From the IMG/VR virus record IMGVR_UViG_3300037605_000034, positions 1-34,164 of that record: 34,164 nt of DNA; one strand, given 5' to 3'. Source of the stretch: a virus. Taxonomy: Duplodnaviria > Caudoviricetes. The stretch's first letter is position 1. Each line of letters opens with the position of its first letter. Positions 1 through 9,363 of this stretch are shown here, piece after piece. A program made the position numbers and the translations under genes. Below the pieces are notes generated by a model. The model worked only from the letters and a program-made list of their open reading frames with translations, searched no databases and was not told where the DNA came from.

Positions 1-460
1 GCAAAGGCCTTAATCAGACGCCGGAAGACCGGCTCTGCAATTCGAGAACGCCGGTAGTAGCGGTTTTTCCTTGTATTCATAGGGCCAGCAGTAGTTTACT
101 GGCCGCTTAACTTCCTAAGACCCTTAGGTTTATAGATTAACATCGCATCACCAACCCGGCTAGAGAAAATTGTGCGGAAGTGACCCGATAATGCCACGTG
201 GACATCTCAGCAAATTGTTGCATCAGTGTAAGAGTGGCGTTGCGCGGAAAAAACCTTGCAGCAAAATTGATGTATGCTATGATCTCGTATCGGCTGTGCC
301 ACATATGTGTGGAACGTCGCATAAGAGGCCCACGGCTAATGCCGGGGCCTTTCCGTTTTTATAGAGATAAATCGATCAATGTGTCGGTCTTCGCGCAAGT
401 CACCATCAACACTTCCGGCGATCGTGAAAGCTTCGTAAACTTCGCAATAGACATGTACCG

Positions 461-778
461 ATGGTGTTGTTTTTGAGTTTTGTCTTGGCGTCTGTGGGCT
501 TAACGGTACTGATCGTTTGGCCTACGAACGGGCCCGGTGCTTTGCTTCGTGAAAAGGTTTTACGTCAGCTTCTGCCGCACCGCTCAAGAAGCGTGTTGGA
601 TTGCTATATCTGCTTTGGATTCTGGACGGGCCTTGCGCTGGGCGCTGTTTGGTGGGCTTTATTTGAGGCCGCTTGGGCCTGGTTTGGATGCCTGATGATT
701 CCCGCTGTCTTCTGGCTAGTCATGCTTCGTAGCAACGCTGCAGAAGCCCGTCCATCGCATGACGAAGGACCGCCATGA
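461..778 (+). CDS. Small membrane protein with CxxC motif (DUF1360-like)
   Basis: About three hydrophobic segments; LDCYICFGFW resembles the CPWCxSxW-type motif of DUF1360 proteins; ATGA overlap with the next gene. Confidence 0.6.
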   Translation: MVLFLSFVLASVGLTVLIVWPTNGPGALLREKVLRQLLPHRSRSVLDCYICFGFWTGLALGAVWWALFEAAWAWFGCLMIPAVFWLVMLRSNAAEARPSHDEGPP

Positions 779-1086
779 ACGAAATAACTTTTACCATCGA
801 CCAATTGCTTTCGATGGCTCGACCGGCCGACTATCTCGACCAGCTTGCTGCCTGTGCCATTTCGCGTAACGAGGAAGCAATGAGTTTTGATACTGACTCC
901 GATTGTTACCTCCAGCTCAAAACACAGTACGCGCACTATCGGCCGACCGAGGAAGATCAAGCGCGCGTCGCTGCCTACAAGCGCGGTGTGCTGAAAGGTA
1001 AACTGCCCTCCGAGTCGCTCGCGGCGCTGCTCGAGGCATACCGTGCGGGATGCAACGGCTGTCACGGCAGAAACATCACGGCTTGA
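775..1086 (+). CDS. Hypothetical protein with C-terminal GCxGC motif
   Basis: ATGA-coupled to 461..778; plausible composition; ends AGCNGCHGRNITA. Confidence 0.65.
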   Translation: MNEITFTIDQLLSMARPADYLDQLAACAISRNEEAMSFDTDSDCYLQLKTQYAHYRPTEEDQARVAAYKRGVLKGKLPSESLAALLEAYRAGCNGCHGRNITA

Positions 1087-1536
1087 GTCGCGAGTCTGTG
1101 ATCATTTTAACATAAACCTGCTTGTTCAACACGGTCCATATCGTTACTGTAAGTATAAGTCTGAGGACTTTTGTGTTGAGCAAGTAGCCGTCGGTATAAC
1201 GATCGATTCGGGAGGTCGCGTATTTTTCTGGGCGAACAACAGAAAACCGAAGCAGCCGATGCCGAGGGTGTTCTTCCGCATTTGGCGGCTCACGAGGCTG
1301 TTCTCACCGAGACGCGTTCGGCGGTGTGTCGAGCGTGCGACCAGAATCGCGGTCTGGACCCGCTATTTGTTCGGTGCCGTTCGTGCGGGTGCCCAGCTCT
1401 TTCGCTGTTGACCGGTTCCTGCCGTTTGCGCAAGTGGCCAAAAATCGAAAGCCCCCCATGAAGTAAATCGACACCTTCTATATGTTTGCGATTTGTAATT
1501 GTTTCTTTGTTACGGCTTTTACTGGTACTTAATATC

Positions 1537-4500
1537 ATGACGACTCCGGTTAATGAATCTTCTGGCGGACGCGGCTGCAGCCCTTACGAAAACGACTCGC
1601 CTTGCGAAAATCCCGAGTGCTGCGACGACCCGGGCGAAACCGCTAATCCGGTGCAATATTCCACTGGCACGATTAAGCTGATTGAGAGCGACACTTCGGC
1701 CAATGTGCCGGGGTTTTCACATCGTCGTGTCTGGCGTAATGCCATCGTCAACCATCAGGATTACGATGGCCCTAACGGCTATAACTGGGATATCGACGAG
1801 TGGCCGTATCTGGTCAGGCGAATTCTTGGCAGCAAGATCACGATCAACGCCCGAATCGGCAGCCTACAGATTCGGTTCGACAAGGTCGGAAGCGAATACG
1901 TTCCGCGGCATTCGAAACTCGGCATCTATCAGTTGATGCATGACTCGTCGAATCAGATATTCGTTCTCACCCGACGCGTAGGTCGCGGTATCGACACGAT
2001 CCAATTCCAGGACTTCGATCAGACTGCGAATCCGGTTGGCCTGCTTAAGAAGCGGATCGACCAAGACGGATACGTCACCGAGGTAACGTCTTATACGGTC
2101 GACGGCAACATCAACGGACTCGTCACCGAGCGCAGCGGTTCGGTGTTTGAGTTGGCGTACAGCTATCACAACAGCGGAACGCATCTCAATCGCCTAGAGC
2201 ACGTCACGCTTAACGAGTTGGACCAGTACCCGAGCCCGACAACGACTACGTCGATCCGGCGATCGCGTTACACCTACTACGACGGCAGCAACGGCTACGG
2301 GTTGGCGAACGACTTAAAGGCGTCGATTACTCAGAAATACGAGGGCAGCAGTTGGGTCGATATCGACGTTCAATACTATCGCTACTACACAACGGATAGC
2401 GGCATCGGCTACGAGCACGGGCTGAAATATGCGGTTGGCCCGGCGTCTTATGCAGAAATCGTGGAGGCGGGGCAAGACCCGTTGGCCGGTGTGCCCACCG
2501 GTAGCGATCAGGTGCCCAACTACGCGGATCATTACTTTGAGTATGACGCGAGTCGCAGGGTCACAAAAGAAGTAGCACGCGGCTGCGCGAGTTGCGGCAC
2601 TTCCGGCGGGACCAGTTCCACAGGCGACACCTTCTCCCGAATCAAAAATCCAGATTATCCCAGCAGCGTCGCTTCGGAGTACCGTTATAACATTTGGATG
2701 ACAAAAACGGTGAGCCGCAACCACGATGGCCGCGAAACCATCGTCTATACCAACCGCGTCAACCGTGTCATTTTCGAGGTCAAGCGAGAGCTCGATACGG
2801 CGGGTGCTCGCCGCGAGTGGTGCACTTACTACGAATACGACGATCAGGGCCGAGAGATCATGCGTGCCGAGCCGTCCGCGGTCATCGGGTACGACGAGAA
2901 GCTACCCGACTTGGTGGGTAAGCAGAGCGCGAGTTCGTACACCTATCTGCGTTCCGATGCGGGGATGGTCCACTTGAAAACGTGGTACACCTCAACGACC
3001 GCGACGCCGACGACCGCGGGCGGAGCCGAGGGGTACGCCGAGTCCATGTCAATTAAAAAGGGCATCCAGGGCACCGAGATCAAGACCGGTCTCTACACCT
3101 ATTTCGCTTCGGATAACACCAGCGGCGACAAGACGTACGTCGTGGCCGAGTCGATCGAATACCCTGACGAGACAAACCAGGACTCGACGCGCTTCACCAC
3201 AAGCTACGGCTATGCTTGGTATCCGCCGACGGGCGACAAGGCCGTCATGTTGAAAGAGCGGGTTACGACGCTGCCCGCGATTTCTGCGTCGCAGAACGGC
3301 GACGGCACTTCCGCGACGACCCGCGCGTACTTCGACCAAGACGGCAATCTCACCTGGACGATGGACGAACGCGGCATCATCACCAAGATGGTCTACGACG
3401 ACCCGCGCGATCTGATCACGCAGATGGTCGAGGACATCGGCACGGTCTCGGGAACCGGTGCGCCGAGTTGGACACCCACTGCAGGCGGTCACTTCGGCTA
3501 CACGACCGACTACGAATACGACAGCCTCGGCCGGCAGACCCAAGTCCTCGGCCCGGAACATGATGCCGACGTCGCTGGCGCTGCCACGACGCTGCGCACC
3601 GCGATGTATACCCTTCATGTCGAATCGCCCGTCGCCGACCAGGGCCTTGGCGAGCCGCCCATTGGCGATCAGGTCCGCACCGCCCAGGGCTACGCCACCG
3701 GCTCACCCGGCAGCTACGCCTACACGCTCATCGATCCCGTGGCGATCACCTTCGCCGATAAGCTCGGCCGAACGCTCAACCGCGTCATCTCCAAACGCAC
3801 GACGGGCACCGGCCGACTCGACGAAGCCGACACCTTCGATCGGGCCGACTGGTCCCGTTGGTCGATGACGCACTACAGCGCTAAGGGGCTGCTCGATTAC
3901 CAGCGCGACTATCACGTGATTCCGGTCCAGTCACCTGACAACGGCCTGGTCGGCGTAAACGATGACCCTGGCGTAGTCACCACGAACTTTAACGAAACAT
4001 TCCACGGCTACGATATCGACACCAATCTACGGGTCCGAACGAAGACGCCAGATGGCACGGTCCGCCGAACGATCTACGACAAAATGGACCGGGTGAGCAG
4101 CACATGGATCGGCACGAACGACGATCCCGACCCGCTGCCCACGCCCGATGCTCAATGGCCGCTCACCGATACGACGACCGACAGCTCGGCCGCGACGGAT
4201 GTCTCCGGCAAAGGCAACAGCGCGACGCCAGTCAGTTTCACCAGCATGGATTTTAAGACCGGGCCCGCTGGCTACGGCAACGCGGCCCTTTCGTTTGACG
4301 GTACCGGCTATCTCACCGCCCCGCACATCCTCGACCCTGCAGCGGGTGCGTTCTCCGCCTCGTGCTGGGTTCGCGCTGAACAGCTCGTCGAAAACCGGAT
4401 GATCCTCGATCAAGACGACGGAGGCGGCATCGGCCAACGCTGGTTATATCTACTCACCACCGGCCAACTCGCGACGGCCATCAGCGGAACGGCCTGGGCG

Positions 4501-7500
4501 ACGAGCGAGAGCCTCTCGCTCGACACCTGGTATCACATAACCCTAACGCACGATGGAGCGACAACACGCCTCTACATCAATGGCCAACAACGCGGCAGTA
4601 GGAGCGAGTCGGCCGCGGCGTGTACGTCCGGCGCGATGCTGATCGGCAGTCGAAAAAATCTGAATCCCAATATTCGATGGGACGGGCTCATGGCCGATAT
4701 GGCCATATACCCCGTCGCCCTCACCGACACCCAGATCGCCCAGCTCTACCAGGCCCGCACCCGGCAGATCGGCTGGGAAACTTGGACGCCCGACACCGTC
4801 GGCACGGACCTCAAGCAAGTCTCCGCCGTCGTGTACGACGACGGCAACGCCGGCGGCAACTCCAACGTCACGCAAACCATCCAATACGTCGACGACACCA
4901 CCTGCCGCGTCACCGACTACCAATACGACTTCCGCGATCGCCGAATCGTTGAGGACGGCGAGCTCACGCACTACACCGAACTCACTTACGACAACCTCGA
5001 TCGACAGACCCGCACAGACCAACGCGATTCGACCGCCTCGGGCAACCTCATCGCACGATCCGAAACGTTCTACGACAACCGGTCCCGCGTCTACCAAACG
5101 AAAACCTACGACGTCGATCCCGCGACCGGTACCGTCGGCGTCGCGCTGATCGGCAACAACACCTACGACCCCGCGTCGAATCTCGTCGAGTCGATCGCGC
5201 CCGGGGCCGGCGTCGTCGCCAATTACACCACCTACGACAACCTCGGCCGGGCCACCCTCGCCGAGACCGGCTACGACGACGCGTCCGCGACGAACGGCCG
5301 GGTCGTCGTCGAGTCGCTCGCCACGACGTACAACGCCGCCGGCCAGGCCACCGCCGCGACCACCCGACGCCTCGACGCCGGCGCGACGCCGACCGCGCAG
5401 ACCTACCGCACCGGCTACGCCTTCTCCTGGTTCGACGCGATCGGCCGGCCGATCGCCGCCGCCGACTACGGCGCGCTCGGCTCCGCGCCGGCCCGCCCCG
5501 CCGCCGCTCCCGCGCGGTCCGACACCGTGCTCGTCACCACCGCCGCCTACAACGACCGCGGCGAGGCCTTTTCCAACACCGATCCGCAGGGCGTCGAGTC
5601 CCGGACCGTCTACGACGACCTCGGCCGAACCACCCGGGCCATCGACAACTACCAGGCCTCCGGCTCCGGCCCGGACGTCAACCGCACCACCGACACCGCT
5701 TACACCCCCGACGGACAGGTCAAGACCCTCACCGCGGTCGTGGGCACTTCCGGGGGCGCGGATAACCAGGTCACGACCTACGTCTACGGCACCACGATCT
5801 CCGGCGGGGCCGGCGGACAAGACTCCGCGCTCGCCACCAAGAATCTCCTTTTCGAGATCGTGTACCCGGACGGGACGCTGGGGTCGGACTCGGTTCGTTT
5901 TTCGTACAACCGTCAGGGTCAGCTGACGCGGCGGATCGACCAGGCGGGGACGACGCACGCCTATCTTTACGACGGGCTGGGTCGTCTGCGTCACGACTGC
6001 GTGACGTCGCCGGTGCCGGACGATAACGCGGCGATCCATCTGGGGGTGCGTCGTCTGACGACGGAGTACGAGGTGCGTGGGCTCCCGAGTCGTTTGTCGT
6101 CGTGCATGACGGCGGAGCCGAACGGCTCGGGCTCGGGCGGGGGCGTGGCGAATCAGGTGTTGCTCGAGTACAACGGGTTCGGGCAGCTGGTGGCGGATAT
6201 GCAGGAGCACAACGGGCCGGTGGATGCTTCCGGGGGCGGGGGCGGTTCGTTGAAGGTGCAATACACGTATGCGGACGGTTCCGGGGGGACGAACCAGGTC
6301 CGGCCGACGGGGGTGACGTATCCGGACGGGCGCGTCGTGGGCTACGGCTACGACACCGCGGGAAGTATCAACAATACGCTGAACCGTATCTACGACTTGG
6401 CGATGGACAACGCTTCGGTCGATATGTCGATCCGCTACGATTATTTAGGCATGTCGACGATCGTGAAGCAATCCGACGCGGACGAGAACGCTCCGACGAT
6501 GGACCTGTGGGGCGGGACCCCCGGAAGTTATGCGGGTCTGGATCGGTTCGATCGGGTGACGGACTTGCACTGGAAGGACGACGCTGTGACCCCGAACACG
6601 CTCGTTCAACTGGAGTACGGCTACGACCGGGACAGCATGCCGGCGTATCGGAAGGACACGGTGGCGCACGCGCTGGGCGCGGGCCAAGACGAGTTGTACA
6701 GCCGCGACGGGCTGCGGCGGTTGAACGACTACCAGCGCGGGCAACTCAGCGGCAGCAACGATTCGATCGCCCCCGGAACGGCGACGTTTAGCCAGGGCTT
6801 CACCTTGGACGAGGTGGCGAACTGGACCGCCTTCAATCAAGACAACGACGGTTCCGGCACGAACAACCTCGTGCAGACCCGCACGAACAATCAAGCCAAC
6901 GAGATCACCGGCATCACGAACTCTGTGGGCGGGTCGTGGGGCATCCCGACGTACGACGCGGCGGGCAACACGACGCGCACGCCCTCACCCGACGCTCCCA
7001 CCGACGCGACAAAAGACCGCCAGATGACGTACGACGCGTGGAACCGGGTCGTGCGCGTGACCGATAGCAACACCACCTTCGCGACGCCCGAGCTGTTGGC
7101 GTACTACGAGTACGATGCGCGGGGGTTCCGCATCCTCGACCACACGTACGGCAGCACGGGCAAAGCCGAGACGGCGACGCACCACTACTACACCAATAGC
7201 TGGCAGTGCATCGAGGAAAGAACCGTCGATCTGACCATATCCCCGCTGCCCGCGGCGCAACTCAGCGCGCAATACGTGTGGGGCCTGCGGTATGTGGATG
7301 ACCTGATCCAACGCCAACGCGACACCACGGGCAACGGCACACTCGACGAAACGCTCTACGTGATCAACGACCGCCAGTTCAATGTCGTCGCGCTGACGGA
7401 CACGAGCCAGACGGTCGTCCAGAGGATGAGCTACCAGCCTTACGGCAAAGTGGAATTCCTTACAGCCAGCTACGGTTCAAGCACCAATACTTACAACTGG

Positions 7501-8301
7501 CAACACCTGTTCCAAGGCCTAAGTCTTGACGTGACCGGCTTTATCGACAACCGAAACCGCATGCTTGGCACCCTCACCGGGCGATTTGGGCAGAACGACC
7601 CGCTCGACTATCCCGATGGGATGAACAGGTACGCGGCCTACCATGTGATGTTTGGGGGGTTAGATCCAACGGGACTTCAGACTCAAGAAGAGGAAGAGCC
7701 TCCTACCCATAGAAGTCCGAGTAATAGGCAAAATACGCATTCAGGCCATCAAACTGGTCCAAGAACGAATCCTTCCCAACACCAACGACAAGCACCCGGA
7801 AGTCCAGCCACTGGACAAGGAGCAACGAATAATACTAGAGCCAATCCCGGTGGCAATCGCGCTAATCCACCAAGAACAAGGCCTTCAAGCACATCACCTG
7901 CAACAAAATTTAGTATCAAACAGGGTCTTGCTGCACGCGTGGCACTGACGGGATATAACTCATATCTTAAGCAGGCAGGTGCAGTTCAACGAAGGGCACT
8001 TGCAGTAGCGCTGTGTATATATTTGCAACAAAAATGTGCAAATGGCAGTCTCGCAAATGGCAGAAAAAGTTTTAATGTTGCGTTGTCAACCCCTGCTCGT
8101 ATTGTTGGCGTGTATCATGTAAATATTGTCAGGCATAATGGAACTTGGTATGCAAATGCAACACATGTAGAGCAACATAATGTAAGAGTTAAAGCGCTTG
8201 GTTTTATTCCACTTTGGACTTATAAAACTGTGACTAAAACATTTGATGATCTACGCCATAATAATCAAAATAAAAAATGTCCTTTGAATTGCCTTATATA
8301 G
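1537..8301 (+). CDS. rhs: RHS/YD-repeat polymorphic toxin with internal LamG domain and variable C-terminal tip
   Basis: N-terminal NPVxxxTG and GYNW motifs (DUF6531-like); many YD repeats (YEYDDQGR, YEYDSLGRQT, YLYDGLGRL, TYDAWNRV); RHS core (YQPYG...FQG...RNR...GRFGQNDP...DGMNRY...DPTGL). ATG at 1537 preferred over TTG at 1486. Confidence 0.95.
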   Translation: MTTPVNESSGGRGCSPYENDSPCENPECCDDPGETANPVQYSTGTIKLIESDTSANVPGFSHRRVWRNAIVNHQDYDGPNGYNWDIDEWPYLVRRILGSKITINARIGSLQIRFDKVGSEYVPRHSKLGIYQLMHDSSNQIFVLTRRVGRGIDTIQFQDFDQTANPVGLLKKRIDQDGYVTEVTSYTVDGNINGLVTERSGSVFELAYSYHNSGTHLNRLEHVTLNELDQYPSPTTTTSIRRSRYTYYDGSNGYGLANDLKASITQKYEGSSWVDIDVQYYRYYTTDSGIGYEHGLKYAVGPASYAEIVEAGQDPLAGVPTGSDQVPNYADHYFEYDASRRVTKEVARGCASCGTSGGTSSTGDTFSRIKNPDYPSSVASEYRYNIWMTKTVSRNHDGRETIVYTNRVNRVIFEVKRELDTAGARREWCTYYEYDDQGREIMRAEPSAVIGYDEKLPDLVGKQSASSYTYLRSDAGMVHLKTWYTSTTATPTTAGGAEGYAESMSIKKGIQGTEIKTGLYTYFASDNTSGDKTYVVAESIEYPDETNQDSTRFTTSYGYAWYPPTGDKAVMLKERVTTLPAISASQNGDGTSATTRAYFDQDGNLTWTMDERGIITKMVYDDPRDLITQMVEDIGTVSGTGAPSWTPTAGGHFGYTTDYEYDSLGRQTQVLGPEHDADVAGAATTLRTAMYTLHVESPVADQGLGEPPIGDQVRTAQGYATGSPGSYAYTLIDPVAITFADKLGRTLNRVISKRTTGTGRLDEADTFDRADWSRWSMTHYSAKGLLDYQRDYHVIPVQSPDNGLVGVNDDPGVVTTNFNETFHGYDIDTNLRVRTKTPDGTVRRTIYDKMDRVSSTWIGTNDDPDPLPTPDAQWPLTDTTTDSSAATDVSGKGNSATPVSFTSMDFKTGPAGYGNAALSFDGTGYLTAPHILDPAAGAFSASCWVRAEQLVENRMILDQDDGGGIGQRWLYLLTTGQLATAISGTAWATSESLSLDTWYHITLTHDGATTRLYINGQQRGSRSESAAACTSGAMLIGSRKNLNPNIRWDGLMADMAIYPVALTDTQIAQLYQARTRQIGWETWTPDTVGTDLKQVSAVVYDDGNAGGNSNVTQTIQYVDDTTCRVTDYQYDFRDRRIVEDGELTHYTELTYDNLDRQTRTDQRDSTASGNLIARSETFYDNRSRVYQTKTYDVDPATGTVGVALIGNNTYDPASNLVESIAPGAGVVANYTTYDNLGRATLAETGYDDASATNGRVVVESLATTYNAAGQATAATTRRLDAGATPTAQTYRTGYAFSWFDAIGRPIAAADYGALGSAPARPAAAPARSDTVLVTTAAYNDRGEAFSNTDPQGVESRTVYDDLGRTTRAIDNYQASGSGPDVNRTTDTAYTPDGQVKTLTAVVGTSGGADNQVTTYVYGTTISGGAGGQDSALATKNLLFEIVYPDGTLGSDSVRFSYNRQGQLTRRIDQAGTTHAYLYDGLGRLRHDCVTSPVPDDNAAIHLGVRRLTTEYEVRGLPSRLSSCMTAEPNGSGSGGGVANQVLLEYNGFGQLVADMQEHNGPVDASGGGGGSLKVQYTYADGSGGTNQVRPTGVTYPDGRVVGYGYDTAGSINNTLNRIYDLAMDNASVDMSIRYDYLGMSTIVKQSDADENAPTMDLWGGTPGSYAGLDRFDRVTDLHWKDDAVTPNTLVQLEYGYDRDSMPAYRKDTVAHALGAGQDELYSRDGLRRLNDYQRGQLSGSNDSIAPGTATFSQGFTLDEVANWTAFNQDNDGSGTNNLVQTRTNNQANEITGITNSVGGSWGIPTYDAAGNTTRTPSPDAPTDATKDRQMTYDAWNRVVRVTDSNTTFATPELLAYYEYDARGFRILDHTYGSTGKAETATHHYYTNSWQCIEERTVDLTISPLPAAQLSAQYVWGLRYVDDLIQRQRDTTGNGTLDETLYVINDRQFNVVALTDTSQTVVQRMSYQPYGKVEFLTASYGSSTNTYNWQHLFQGLSLDVTGFIDNRNRMLGTLTGRFGQNDPLDYPDGMNRYAAYHVMFGGLDPTGLQTQEEEEPPTHRSPSNRQNTHSGHQTGPRTNPSQHQRQAPGSPATGQGATNNTRANPGGNRANPPRTRPSSTSPATKFSIKQGLAARVALTGYNSYLKQAGAVQRRALAVALCIYLQQKCANGSLANGRKSFNVALSTPARIVGVYHVNIVRHNGTWYANATHVEQHNVRVKALGFIPLWTYKTVTKTFDDLRHNNQNKKCPLNCLI
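4144..4755 (+). other. LamG / concanavalin A-like lectin domain inside the RHS protein
   Basis: AQWPL..D.SGKGN...ALSFDG...FSASCWV...WYHITLTHDG..RLYING...IG...WDG.MADMAIY..ALT..QI.QLY matches the Laminin_G_3 pattern. Confidence 0.9.
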
Positions 8302-8330
8302 GAAACTTTAAACTTCATGGCTACTATATT

Positions 8331-8834
8331 ATGAGATATGTAAAAATAGCCCCCATCGTACTACTAATTCTTGCTGTTGGATTTACAATTGGCCGGATAA
8401 GCAAGAATCAAAAGCCAATTGATTCGGTATTAGATCATGAAAAATTATTTAGTGGGAGTATGAATTCTTCAGAATCGCAGCTATTGCTAGATAAATGGAT
8501 TGAAAATGAGCAAATGAGAATGATAAGTGTTTTGAATTCATTTGCAGACATGCCAGCAACAGACAAAATATCAGATGATATTAAGCTGAATATTTCACAT
8601 GCGATGTTAAGCCATCCTTATTTGACGGAAGGTATAGAAACGCTGTCATTAGCTTCAGCTACCGAACAAAAAATGGAAAATCGAGATGCCTGTCTTCAGG
8701 TAATCGAATACCTGATTTATGAGACTTTGCCAAGTGTGGCAAAGATATTAGAAAATACTATGCAAAATGAGACTGATCGAGGTTTGCTAGAAAGAAAGCA
8801 AGCAGTAGTTGATTCTATCGAAAAAGTTGAGTAA
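8331..8834 (+). CDS. Putative cognate immunity protein (N-terminal signal/TM anchor, helical body)
   Basis: Directly downstream of the toxin tip with the same AT-rich composition; MRYVKIAPIVLLILAVGFTIG signal/TM; ATG at 8331 preferred over the overlapping 8277. Confidence 0.75.
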   Translation: MRYVKIAPIVLLILAVGFTIGRISKNQKPIDSVLDHEKLFSGSMNSSESQLLLDKWIENEQMRMISVLNSFADMPATDKISDDIKLNISHAMLSHPYLTEGIETLSLASATEQKMENRDACLQVIEYLIYETLPSVAKILENTMQNETDRGLLERKQAVVDSIEKVE

Positions 8835-8871
8835 CAAAAAAGACCGCTAAAAGTGTCGGGCGATTGACGTA

Positions 8872-9291
8872 GGAGCCTTTCGATAAATCCCACTTGCATG
8901 CTGCCGCATCTGGCGCTACAAGGGTGTGATGGAACGAGCAAGCAAGGGACTGACGTTGGCCGACGGGCTTTTGGCGGATTTGGGTGGGCCTCGCACGGCT
9001 GGGTTGCTGGCGCGTTTGGACGCGGTGACGCCTTGGGATGAACTCGCTGCGGTGGTCAAGCTGTTGTACCGCAACGACACGGCCAAGGGAGGTCGGCCCA
9101 ACGTGCCGGTCGTCGTCATGCTCAAGGTCACGCTGATGCAGCGTTGGTTCGGCCTAAGTGATCCGGCGATGGAAGAGGCGGTCCTGGATCGGCTTAGCTT
9201 CCGTCGGTTCCTCGGGCTGGGCGCGGCGGACGAGGGCATCGACCATTCGACGATCGCGTTGTTCCGCGAGCGGCTGCACGACGCGGGGCTT
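8872..9291 (+). pseudogene. Truncated IS5-family element: candidate left end plus N-terminal transposase domain (DUF772/InsH-N)
   Basis: From ATG 8929: PW......LY......GRP...MLK...QRWFGLSDPAMEE...DRLSFRRFLGL.....DHSTI..FRERL. Similarity stops at ~9291 with no DDE domain. Candidate terminal repeat GGAGCCTTTCGATAAA at 8872; no partner seen. Confidence 0.85.
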
Positions 9292-9327
9292 CCGCATCCT
9301 CGAATACGCCAACGCAGGCCACGGCTA

Positions 9328-9357
9328 TTGACGTCGGCACTATGCCGCGTAGATACT
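9328..9357 (+). promoter_or_regulatory. Candidate sigma70 promoter for a leaderless transcript starting at ATG 9364
   Basis: TTGACG (9328-9333), 18-nt spacer, GATACT (9352-9357); the A of the ATG lies 7 nt after the -10; CGGCA-CTA-TGCCG palindrome in the spacer. Confidence 0.45.
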
Positions 9358-9363
9358 ATTTCG

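Noticed and set aside
83-128. Short inverted repeats GGCCAG/CTGGCC and CCTAAG/CTTAGG
   Set aside because: Only 6-bp arms at the window edge with no context; cannot distinguish from chance.
1043-1411. 122-aa ORF between the small genes and rhs
   Set aside because: Overlaps the previous gene, no RBS or motif, Arg-rich atypical composition; probably spurious.
4543-6261. 572-aa minus-strand ORF (and similar antisense ORFs such as 17278..18144, 25920..27017)
   Set aside because: Shadow frames of GC-rich, codon-biased real genes; no domain signal.
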